Shown: positions 51,997 through 64,000 of the stretch, piece by piece
Layout: every line of letters starts with the position of its first letter
How positions within the stretch are numbered: the stretch's first letter is position 1
DNA from: Pecten maximus
Lineage: Eukaryota
Direction: 5' to 3'
Length of the DNA stretch: 64,000 bases
Assembly (NCBI RefSeq): GCF_902652985.1
Contig: NC_047029.1
Span: 22,134,001-22,198,000, forward strand
Made by a program: the position numbers and the translations under genes
The notes under the pieces: model-generated
Told to the model about the DNA's origin: nothing
Databases searched by the model: none
The model's input: only the letters and a program-made list of their open reading frames with translations

Positions 51997-52813
51997 ATAT
52001 AACATGTAGACCTATAATAATTATAAACTTATGATTTCATTGGTTATTGTATATACACCGCCCTAGAGAAAAGGCCTTTGCACGTGCTCAACAATTGCAT
52101 TTCGTCACGTCAACAATATCATGACATCACGGCGACAATAAAATGACGTCAACATTTCCTTGCATTGATGTAACGTCAATATTGGATACATAAGAGGGTA
52201 AACAGGGTAAGAGAAAAATAATCATTCATCCCCATGGAATTGAGACAGGGGAATCTCAAGCACTCGGGGTAAGATAGTTAAGCTGCCAAACACTCGGCAA
52301 ACCTCATGTTTGGCAACTTAAGAATCTTCCCCCTCGGGTTGAGATTTCCGTCTCACCTCCAAGGGAGTAAACTATTCTATTTATCCCGTCACTAGTCATG
52401 TGAAGAACATCAGAAATATCGCGCTCGATATACCGCCTAGGATACCTCGAGTAAGACACATGGGTGATATTATCGCCTCGGATATCTCGAGTAAGACACA
52501 TGGGGTGATATACATGTATATCGACTCGGATATCTCGAGTAAGACACCTAGTCCACGTCAGATATCTCATGATGTCATGTCTTTCGTATCTGTTATAGAT
52601 TATGTCGAAAAGCATGTCCAACATTACTGCTCTATAGAGCAACGATTGTCGAAAGGACAAATTTTTCACTCCGAAGACTCAATCGATACATCTCAGGGAA
52701 ATTTCCGGCAATCCTCGGAAATCAGCTCCCTCGAATGCCCATCGCAACGTGTTGTTTACGATTGTCCGAAGATGATTTGTGATATTAATACCACGGAAGA
52801 ATGTCTGTCTGTC

Positions 52814-52849
<36 letters not shown>

Positions 52850-53619
52850 GAAAAACTATTATGCGGACCGTGATGTACTCCCTCTAAACTATTTGAATAA
52901 TTTCAACGAAACTACACAGGAATGTTCGGGATCATGTTTAAATGTGCATGCAAGTTTCTATTTCGTAATTTTCAGTTGCCATAGTAACCGGTCACTTTAC
53001 ACAGGTTTTGTGTAATGGCCAGTAGCTCATTAGTCATTTGATCAATTATATCCGAATTTGGTTACGTGGTGTACGTTATCAATGCCTAAAACTTGACACA
53101 TCACGTGATCCAAGAACTGTTTCTATGGAAACATAATAAGAGGCTTGTTATTGGTCAAAATTGAGATATTGTCCAATTATACTACTGAAAATTAGTATAT
53201 AAGGATTTTGTGGGATAGCAAACACAATTGTTACTATTTTGGAAAACATTAATTCGGTTGCCATGGTTACCAATAGAAGACCCTTGATTAGACAGATCTT
53301 GTCCGGACTACTCCTTGTAAACTTTGTAGATGTGCACGTACTTTGTTTTTGATGGAAAAAACTTCGTAAAAGACCACTATACACAGGTTTTGGTATAAAG
53401 CCCCATATCTCATACTGTCTTTACACCAATTTTGTTCTAGTTGGGTCAAATGATGAAACATCAATGAAGTTAAAACAAATAGTTTCCAATAATTATATAT
53501 AAAATAAAGTTTGATTTTAATAGCCTAAGTGACCAAGGTACCTGAGTGGTACCTAGGGATCACGTGAGATGCGTGCGCATCTTCCATCATTAGCCATCAT
53601 AACTTCCAACGAGACCAGA

Positions 53620-53917
53620 GACTTTTGTTTGTTTGCTGGGTTTATCGCCCCGTGAACAACAAAGGTCATTTTGAGTTGAGGTTTCATTGTAGTAGTTGGT
53701 GACTACCTCATTGAACAACCTACAGGAGTCCCGTCGCATGCCATCGACAGCAATTAAGGTAAGGTGTCTTGACCATGGACACAACTACGACTGCACCGCC
53801 TCTCAGCTTCACGAGAAACACAAACCTCCACGGGTAGGGAGCGTCGAACCACGCACCTCGGATATTCGCCTGAGGTCACGTGATCGGCGCTCTAACAGAC
53901 TGATCTATCGCGGCCCC
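53620..53917 (-). mobile_element. tRNA-derived SINE, second family
   Basis: Minus-strand head ggggccgcgatagatcagtctgttagagcgccg...gtggttcgacgctccc and aaac tail. A related head lies at 55260-55335 (+). Confidence 0.7.
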
Positions 53918-54969
53918 TGAAGAATCAGAGACCGACAATTCTTTCTCTGACAAAACAAATCATTGTGGATGCTTACACAAACTGTATAGCACGGTTCTAC
54001 AGGAAACGCTTGTTTTTAGATAGTTTACGGGTTCCGTTTTTGAGACTCGTACCATAAATAAAAAGGCATGCTGACTTTGAAATCTTGGACTATTTCGTAC
54101 AAAGTTCTATATTACAGAAACATAACATGTCAAAATCAAAATATATAAGTTAAAAATTAGATCAATTAAAACTATCTAGAAACACTTAATGCTTATATAC
54201 GTACTACACATTTACAAACCTCTTGTCTGATTTGCAACTAATACCTAGCTAAGCACTTTCAGGCACATCTAGATACTCGATCTCAAAATTGATTAATGAC
54301 AACTCGAGGAAAATAATATACACCAATATAACTATGTTAGTGATAAATTGATATGAAAATACCTAGTAATATAAATGGTTAAATACGGCAATTCGTGATA
54401 TTTAAAGTACAAAACAGCTATCATAATTTTACTTTTTTTATTGACGTATATACTCAGCATTAGAATGTAATCGCGATGCACTTAAAATCGCGTAAAAACT
54501 AACATGAATCTAAGCTGAGTTAAAACCACTGCATAGGGTTTGACGCTTTTACGCAAAACAACGTATACGAAAATAACTGGCTCCATACTCTACCGACTGA
54601 ACTATTGTGGTTACCGAAATCGAATGCCCGTTGCTAGCCATTTGATTGGCGACAGACAGAAACATGTCACCAAGAATAAGGCAAACATCTTTACTTTAAA
54701 TATTACAAAAATGTCGCACAAAAATCAAAACTGGTCCCAAAGACTTTCCAGGCTAATCAACTCGTACCATCTGTAAAGCGGTACCAACAGAACCCCGATT
54801 TTGTGATAACATATTCAAAGGAATCAAGAATGGGACGGATTTGGTGTATGGCATAATGACACCAGTGACAACAAACTCGTATCGTCAAACGCCCCAACAA
54901 CAGTATTTCATGAATAAGGGCGAGATGGATCAAACATCATTCGTCCCTCAGACTACTTTCAGTATGAGA

Positions 54970-55048
54970 TAGCCCGAGTTTCCTCTGGCCCTGACGTCAT
55001 GTCTGACCTACACCAGACATGGTGCCAGGGCCAGAGGAAACTCGGGCT
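54970..55048. mobile_element. Foldback MITE
   Basis: agcccgagtttcctctggccctg...cagggccagaggaaactcgggct; TSD cagtatgaga/cagtattaga. Confidence 0.82.
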
Positions 55049-55259
55049 CAGTATTAGAGTGCTATTAGGACTAGTAAGAGTATTTGACCGTTGACTTTAC
55101 ACTTGAACATTTGAAGAGAATACATACATAAGTTGTTGTCTTTTTTTTCCTTTTTCGATTTTACACGAAGACCCTCGAAAATGTACAAGAAGACCAAGAC
55201 CAGGTGTTCCGGAAGAGTAGGCACCTCCCGCTGCATCAACGACATCAGCCATGTAATCT

Positions 55260-55335
55260 GGGGCCGTAATAGCTGAGTCGGTTAGAGCGCCGACAATGTG
55301 ACCTCCGAGGGCCGTGGTTCGACGCTCTCTATCCG
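55260..55335 (+). mobile_element. tRNA-like SINE head
   Basis: tagctgagtcggttagagcg A box and ggttcga B box; no anticodon stem. Confidence 0.65.
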
Positions 55336-56885
55336 TTTGGGTTTCACCGAGGTGAGGTAGTTACAAACAACTGTAAGGAGACCTCGTCTCAAAATGTCCC
55401 ACCAAAGCAAACAGCCGTTATCAAAAGGAGAGCTACGGTAGTGACAACGGAACCACCAGGTATATCAACAAGTATCAAACATGACAATGGAACCACCAGG
55501 TATATTAACAAGTATCAAATATGACAATGGAAGCACCAGTATATCAACAAGTATCAAACATGACAACGGAACCACCAGGTATATCAAACATGACATCAGA
55601 ACCACCAGGTATATCAAACATGACAACGGAACCACCAGGTATATCAACAAGCATCAAACATGACAATGGAACCACCAGGTATATCAAACATGATAACGGA
55701 ACCACCAGGTATATCAAACATGACAACGGAACCACCAGGTATATCAAACATGACAACGGAACCACCAGTATATCAACACATATCAAACATGACAACAGAA
55801 CCACCAGGTATACCAAACATGACAACAGAACCACCAGGTATATCAAACATGACAACGGAACCACCAGTATATCAACACATATCAAACATGACAACAGAAC
55901 CACCAGGGATATCAAACATGACAACGGAACCACCAGGGATATCAAACATGACAACGGAACCACCAGGTATATCAAACATGCAAATGGAACCACCAGGTAT
56001 ATCAAACATGCCAACGGAACCACCAGGGATATCAAACATGACAACGGAACCACCAGGTATATCAAACATGCAAATGGAACCACCAGGTATATCAAACATG
56101 CCAACGGAACCACCGGGTATATCAAACATGACAACAGAACCACCAGGTACATCAAACATGCCAATGGAACCACCAGGGATATCAAACATGATAACGGAAC
56201 CACCAGGTATATCAAACATGACAACGGAACCACCAGGTATATCAAACATGATAACGGAACCACCAGGTATATCAAACATGACAACGGAACCACCGGGTAT
56301 ACCAAACATGACAACAGAACCACCAGGTATATCAAACATGACAACGGAACCACCAGTATATCAACACATATCAAACATGACAACAGAACCACCAGGGATA
56401 TCAAACATGACAACGGAACCACCAGGGATATCAAACATGACAACGGAACCACCAGGTATATCAAACATGCAAATGGAACCACCAGGTATATCAAACATGC
56501 CAACGGAACCACCGGGTATATCAAACATGACAACAGAACCACCAGGTACATCAAACATGCCAATGGAACCACCAGGGATATCAAACATGACAACGGAACC
56601 ACCAGGTATATCAAACATGACAGCGGAACCATCAGGTATATCAACAAGTATCAAACATGACAATGGAACCACCAGGTATATCAACAAGTATCAAACATGA
56701 CAACAGAACCACCAGGTATATCAACAAATATCAAACATGCCAATGGAACCACCAGATATATCAAACATGACAACGGAACCACCAGTATATCAACAAGTAT
56801 CAAACATGACAACGGAACCACCAGGTACAAACAAGACAATGGAACCACCAGGTATATCAACAAGTATCAAACATGACAATGGAAC

Positions 56886-57400
56886 GTAATTCGTATAATG
56901 TTAGAAATAAAGAAAACTATACCGTTCCAAATTTTCGATTGTCTACTTCTTATGAATCCTTTATCCCATCTTCTGTTAGGTTATGGAATAATTTACCTAT
57001 TGATATCAGAGAACAGCCATCCATTAGTAGATTTAAATCCAAAATAGAAAACAATCGTGATATACTACCTATTTATTATCTAACTGAAAATAGAAAATTA
57101 AATGTTTTACACACAAGGTTAAGACATGTTTGTAGTAGCTTAAACTATGATTTGTATAGAGTAAATATAATTAATGATACAACCTGTGCATGTGGTAATG
57201 AGTGTGAAAACTTGTATCATTATTTTTTTGATTGTATATTATACAGAAGAGAGCGTGAAACTTTATTTGATAATCTCTCCCGCTATTGTAATGTGACTCT
57301 TAATGTTATTCTCTGGGGTTCTCCTAAACTATCTGATGAACAAAATGGCTATATTTTTCAATATGTTCAAAATTTTATTAAATCCAGTAATCGATTTTAG

Positions 57401-57479
<79 letters not shown>

Positions 57480-57537
57480 AAATTAACTGGCATTAACATA
57501 TTTACTTTTCATTCTGTCCCTCATCTCTGTCTTTTTC
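56886..57537 (+). mobile_element. 5'-truncated LINE (CR1/L2-group-like ORF2 C-terminus)
   Basis: SFIPSSVRLWNNLP..IR...S...FK and CACGNECENLYHYFFDC..Y...R..L motifs; flanked by a tggaac direct repeat. Confidence 0.88.
57406..57477. repeat. (TC)n microsatellite in LINE 3'UTR
   Basis: Pure TC run directly after the LINE ORF stop. Confidence 0.97.
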
Positions 57538-58839
57538 TGGAACCACCAGGTATATCAACAAGTATCAAACATGACAATGGAACCATCAGGTATATCAACA
57601 AGTATCAAACATGACAATGGAACCACCAGGTATATCAACAAGTATCAAACATGACAATGGAACCACCAGTTATATCAACAAGTATCAAACGCATCTGACT
57701 TTATTGTTTCAAGAAGATAATGAAATTCAGATGATATTGCTCGGGATTTGAAAACCTTCACAGAGAGTTAAACATTCAAATATTACGAGCTCAATTTTTA
57801 TATTGGAGAGATATGTGAAATTGATACACGTTGTACAGAGGTTGAAATGCTGATTTCTTAGCTGAATATATAATCGTCAATGGCGCTTACCGTTGATTGA
57901 CACCTACTGTCAATTGACTTGATATCAATCTTCACAGCTTCAGAGCCTTAGTGCTGACACGAGGTGAGGGAAGGTCATTTGACTGAGGATAATCGGTTAT
58001 ACTCCGGAGAGCGAGAGATTATCTGAGTCAATACAGGGAGGCGCCAAATTGACCCCCAACGAAAGAAAGTAAACAACATCACTGGTCAGATTATCGCCTC
58101 GGGGTTTTTACAGCGAGTAATCAACAGATAGGGATTCTCTCCCAGAGTAGGTTAATCTGTAGATCTGCTGCCAAGACAGATCAAAACAGGAAAGTTGGTT
58201 TTAGATATACCTACCGGGGAAGGGCGGGGTGTATATTTTGATACATGATGCTGAACTCAGTTGACTTTCTGAAGAGAGGAAAGTGATCGGAAATAGGAAC
58301 AATATTTGTATTTACATTGACTCGTGTTATACATATTTTATTTCGTCTTTTCCCCACGATATCTTTTTCATTTTGTAAATGTTTTGCCTCTTGTTCCAAA
58401 ATGCTCATCTGTGTAAAGTTTCATAGGAAATGTCAAAATGTGAAGCAACCTCATATCAAATCCCATTGTAAAACATTCAGTTTCTAGTTTCATCAACGAT
58501 CCCAAACTTAAGTTAACATCTTAACTTAAAAAATTCCTTAGGAAACCATTATCGAATTTAAGAAAACGATCTTATCGAGGAAATGTGATATTAAATTCTT
58601 TGGATGTCATGATACTTCAACCAATTCGGCCATAATGGCATTAATTATTATACAGTTGTGACCCTCTGTGGGATCCATATCCTGAATTGTCTTCGCCCTC
58701 GGAAAAAAAGCCCTGCCCAGGGAGACAAATCTAGATGAATCCCGGCATAGAGGATCATTATTGTTTTATAATATCGAACAAAACTGAACAAAACTGAACA
58801 AATATAAATTTGCATGATTATTTAATCAACAAATACATA

Positions 58840-59438
58840 AACAAAAGGCCGATAGGGCTTGCATCGCTCACCTAGATATTTCAGCAATCATGTCAAAAAT
58901 TTTTAAGTTTCATTATGACTATTTTTCTGCCCCCCCCCCCCCCCTTTCCCATAAGATCCCCTCTCTCCGGCCCCAAGGGGGCTATACCCTCCGTTTATAC
59001 AACATTAGATATGTTTCGCCCAATAATTCTCCTGGCTAAATTTCAGTAAAATCCATTAAATTGTTCAATACTAGCAGCGATTTAAAGGATTGGCCTCATT
59101 TTCCCCTATTGGAATCCAGCCCTACAGCCCCAAGGGAGCCACAACTTCCTTTTATACAACATTAGATCTCTTTTGCCCAATACTGCTTCAGACCAAATTT
59201 CATCAAAATCCATTCCCCTATTAGGCCAACCCCTCTGGTCCTAAGGTAGGCAAAATCACCATTTATGCAAAATCTGTTTCCCTTCTCCCAAGGATCTTTC
59301 TGACCAAATTTGATTTAAATCCATTCAGTACTTTGTGACTAGTAGCATTTTGAAGCAAATGTTGACGGACGATTGATGGAAGACGGATGCTGTGTCATAG
59401 TATAATCTCATCGACCCGTTGGGCCTCGTGAGCTAAAA
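58840..59438 (+). mobile_element. Helentron-derived/pearl-like element
   Basis: aaacaaaaggcc...atcgctcacct start, internal repeats, gacggacg, and ..gtgagctaaaa end. Reverse-orientation relatives lie near 37178-37570 and 28190-28468. Confidence 0.7.
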
Positions 59439-59536
59439 TTAAACTTTTTTTCAACATCAACATCGAAGTTTACTACACATCTAGCGATATAAGGTGTAAA
59501 TCCTTTGAATAGTAAACTTGTAGAAGCACTTGTCGG

Positions 59537-59655
59537 CAATCTAATTAAAATCTAGATGGCCATTCTCACTACATATTTATGTAACGTAGTGAGAATGACC
59601 ATGTAGAGTTTTATGTAACGTAGTGAGAATGACCATCTAGATTTCAATTAGATTG
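59537..59655. mobile_element. Foldback MITE, same family as 16656
   Basis: Same TIRs with an internal duplication; TSD cacttgtcgg/cacttgttgg. Confidence 0.88.
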
Positions 59656-62600
59656 CACTTGTTGGACGCGTATTTTCTTTATTGTAAATTTTGTTAAAAC
59701 ATGTTTTAACTTTTGCAATCATTTCATCAGAATTCATATTGACCTTAACAAGATCTCTGTCAAGTATACTGTTCCACTGATCATCAGGAAGATCTATGAC
59801 ATCATGACGTCATAATGGGGTCAGCGAAGTGTTATCACCCTCGTGCGGCATTTTCGGGAAATATCTGTTATTGTATATATATCAGGTGGTAACGTTTAGT
59901 CAAATCACATCAGTGTAAGTGAAAGTGAGGTATAACTGCTTCATTTCGCATTTGTTACCGCCATAGAGGCAAGATCATTTTAGTTTTGCAGAAGACTTTT
60001 TAGAGGTTCAAGAAAATCTGACCCCTATGACATTGGAAGTTTCCATTTCAGCAAACTAATGTTCAAACATGATTATCTGTCTTTTGGTTCCTCAGTGGAA
60101 GAAGCTCAGGTGAACAGGTTCACAAAGTATGTTAAAAAAGAAATTGTCACCTCTGAAGGACATGTGCTACAGATGCATCATGAATTCCGAAATATTGTCA
60201 CATTTTGTATCCGATTTAGCCTCTTACGGTACCATATAGTGGAAACTATCATCACGGTCCTTTTGAGAAGAGTTACAAAATGAAAGTTACTAAAATTGAT
60301 TTCTTGTGAAAATTCTGGAGCCTCTCATCAAGATTTTGTCTTTTTTGTATTTTGGGAGCAGTGATAGTACAAATTGGAGAAAATAACCACATGACAAATC
60401 TATATTTGACATATTTTATTATGTTTTCAATAACATATAATACACGAACGATGAAATTCACAAACACTGAAACATCCAATACTCTGTGACAAGTTATAGC
60501 ACCTTAATGTAAAAAAGCAAGCGCATCATTAAAAATAAAAACATAAGAAGCCAAAGAATGAAAGAGTTATCTCCCTTCCAAATATAACAGAACGTCACAA
60601 AAAGGAGTGCGAAATGTCAGTATGCATGCACTTTCGTTAAGATAACACAGGGACTCTACCATGACATAGGAAATTATGTAGAAATACATATACCACATGT
60701 CCTGTCGTGACACAGGGACTTGAGTAGAAGTACACATGCCATTTATTTATCATGACACAGGGTCTTTAGTAGATGTATTCATACAACTTGTCCTTTCATA
60801 ACACAGGAACATGAAGGTTGATTCTGTAGGGCACAGGGACTTGGGAATTGGTCCCTTTTTGTCTAAACTAAAGTGGCTAGCGACAGTTTTTTTTAAAGAT
60901 CTTTTCAAGAGATATAAGAAGCAGTAATAAAGAATATGTATTGTAAAAGATCGTTCGTTGACATACACAAATACAATTGTTCAATTCTAAAATACAAAAT
61001 AAATAGTAAACATACCAACAAATAAAACAACAAGAAGACAGGGCTGCCTAGAAGAATTAATTATACATATATATACTTCTTTATAAATTAATGATAAACA
61101 AACATTTACCAAGCTTCTTCAGACTCATTATTTTTCAAAAATCTTGACATATTATTACATATCAAAGGCTAATCTGAAGAAACATGGATAGTACTACTCT
61201 AATGAAGATAAAAATGCCCTCATATTTCACATGGAATGAAATGTCCATTTCTTTCTATAAATGAATGATCTGATGCGACATTTACACTATCATGAATCTG
61301 ATGAGCTTGTTGAGTGTAACATGATTTCCTTTGATCCCAAATCTTGTGAGTACAGCACTGGAATGACTAGACATTTCCATATAGATTATCAATTGTCTGG
61401 ATACCTTGCATTATAGATATAAATTAAATAGCAGCAGATGTAATCACACAGAAGAGTTCCTCTTTAGAGCTTTTATAAAAAAAAAAGAGTTATCTCCCTT
61501 AGATCAGACCTGCCTGTTCCGCCTGCAGTCCCGTCAAGAAGTCAAAACTGGAATTGTTTTTGTTACGTAAATTAAAATATCATATGACTTAAAGATCTTA
61601 TGAACTGAATAATCAACCCAGTTTTAATGGTAAACCATATTATATTAAGTGAAAATAATGGATTATATTTTCAAAATCTCTTATTTTTGAGACTAAAGTT
61701 TTGTACTGGAGATTGCCAGGTTTGCTCAAATAAACAGGGTGTTTAAGCCAAAGACAGAAGAATTGACAGTGACATTATTAAATGAAGCAAGACACTATAA
61801 AAATATTCTCATTTTAAAATGATTTTCTTGCAACTAAACATTTGCACAACCTATAGATTTTGTTCTCTATGTTTTGATATCTTCTTCATTTTGTGTTAGA
61901 AAAAGTAAGCAAATAAAGATGTCTACAATGTAAACAATGATGACACAGTCACTACCAGCATTGTTATTGTCTAAATCAACAACACATTTCAAGAGACAGT
62001 GCTCCAAAACACAATCTTTTTAAAGCAAAATACCTACATTTCAAACAGCATTAATAATCAGCACTTAATATACACATTGTTCATGTATACAGAAACCATC
62101 AACAAATGACATTTTAGATCCTTAAAATCGCAGGGACTTGTCACTAATTACATACCATTAAATACAAATGTTTAAACATTCATACAATACATATATAGAC
62201 ATGGGTTTAAATTTGTGCCAAGTCCCGGCATGCAATAAAATTGTATGTATTGCAGAGTAATCTCCCTTCACTCAGAAGGGTGCTCCTTTAAAGTATACTT
62301 GACAACTCTTCATTCAGAAAAACTATCAAAAAGAAACATTTTTATTGTTCATTTGACAACTTTTCATTTAGACGAAAATTATCAGAAAAAAACCCAACAT
62401 TTTTATTGTTCATTTAAATCCAGCAAGTCCATAAGAACGAGTAGCATTCACAAACATCGAATGTATTACTCCGTCAAATGCAGTGCTATAAATGTACTTT
62501 TCTTAGGCATGACGAACTGAACCAGAGTTATCTCCTTCATTGAAATTCCTAAAATTTGGCAAGTATGCTTAATGTAGGGATAATGTAGTAAATCAGTAAG

Positions 62601-64000
62601 CCAACAGTCCAAACACATTTGTTGAAGTGACAACGCTTAACATGTAAAATGGACTTCAATGAAAACGGGACAAACCTCACAAATATCAACAACCTGAACT
62701 TCCTTTCAATGTTTAACAAATAAAATGGCAGTAATTTTCACGCAGGTTATCTGCTCATTGCACAAAAAAAGTTAAGTGTATTAATGTACACTAACAAAAG
62801 TATTCCATCTTTGTCAAATTTGGTAAATACTTCTACTAACTGGACGAGTTACCTCCCTTCCTGAATAATTGGCATTTTCAAAAAATATGAGGATCAAACC
62901 AAATTTAAACAAAATAATTTCTGTATTTCAATTCACACAGAAAAGTCACATGGGACACTTATATAATTTCACAGAACAAATCAACGATAAACAAATAAAT
63001 CTAAACATGTTGTTGGCCTGTATGAGTTCTCATCTTTGGAGGCCAATCTTTATGGTTCACCTAAAACAATATCCTCTGGTAGTTTGAGTTTTCTGTCATA
63101 GAGATAACAAGAAATTAAAAAAATATCTGTTTCATTTTCTTGTTAACTGCATTTACATCAATGTTGTTCAAATATTCAGAAACTCTTCGAAGACAGATGT
63201 ATAGCTTTTAATTCCAGCACTAGTCCAAATCTGTGATAGTTTCTGAGGGGTTATTTATTTTACATCATTGCTGGCCTGGAGTAACAGTGTGGGGGGTCTT
63301 AGCGCGGGAGGAAAGAAGGGTACTCGGGGAAAACCCGTGTGGGGGGTCTTAGCGCGGGAGGAAACCAGGGTACTCCGGGAAAACCCACTTGGTCAGACAG
63401 GTGACCCTTTAACTTAACATAACTGACTGGGGGAGTGTCCTTGAAAGTACTATTTAAACCAGATTACAGGTGATTTAGTCACAGGTTTCAGGCCTACATG
63501 ATTCAGATATACATACTGTAACAGGATAATATTATTATCAACAGGCTTGATATGCAATATTACAGCGTTCTGTCATCTCAGCAAATGATTAATTTTTCAA
63601 TTATCATTTTAAGAGATTCGTGTAAGTGGCCTTGTCTATACAAAGATATTGTATGAAAGGGAGGCAACTGCACTGTTTGGATAGTTATTTGTCCTTTCGA
63701 CGAATTCAATAACAATGAAATCTGTGAGGCAACATCAATTGTACGTAACATATTACTACAACTTGTTGATATCAACTTATGTAAGTGTCACACATATCCT
63801 TTTAATAAACATCAATAAATACTACACAAGTCTTAATCAATTCTTATCAAATTTCACCATCAAGATGATATTAATATCGTTAGGAAATCTACTTCCATAT
63901 TGTACCTAGAAAATAAATAATACTTTACAACACATTATCTAACACATTATCTATCAATAAATAAACAGGAATATATACAATGGTGAATTATCAATAAAAA

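Larger units (their letters stand above)
55441..57690. repeat. 30-bp minisatellite (37/39-bp variants) split by a LINE fragment
   Basis: Unit atgacaacggaaccaccaggtatatcaaac; generates the MTTEPPGISN-type ORFs. Confidence 0.96.

Noticed and set aside
52304-52873. 121-aa and 157-aa overlapping ORFs
   Set aside because: They lie in a mosaic of short tandem repeats and transposon remnants, with no domain signature.
55521-56700. Long mucin-like ORFs (MTTEPPGISN repeats etc.)
   Set aside because: Multiple frames on both strands are open because the 30-bp unit lacks stops. The 37-bp variants shift frame, and there is no signal peptide or splice context.

Overview
AT-rich, intron-rich animal genomic DNA with two N-gaps. 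The repeat families suggest a mollusc, probably a bivalve (inference). Almost all ORF-track entries are spurious. Manual splicing on the minus strand gives two genes. (1) A six-coding-exon gene (33009->19653, 996 nt, 331 aa, all GT-AG, all phases compatible). It encodes a signal peptide, a full TGF-beta-family prodomain and an RKKR furin site. After RKKR there is only a 24-aa cysteine-free peptide and a stop, so no cystine-knot growth-factor domain; this is the main finding. (2) The 3' end of a probable protein kinase gene (exons 5379-5307, 4159-3942, 2117-1905), whose upstream part is lost in a gap. The rest consists of about 12 unrelated minisatellite arrays (several seeded at splice junctions), tRNA-derived SINEs (one full-length copy with a TSD and a structured 5' RNA motif), tiny foldback MITEs with 9-10-bp TSDs, a deleted mariner, LINE and Penelope-like fragments, and Helentron/pearl-like elements. 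All calls are by eye; no database searches were run.
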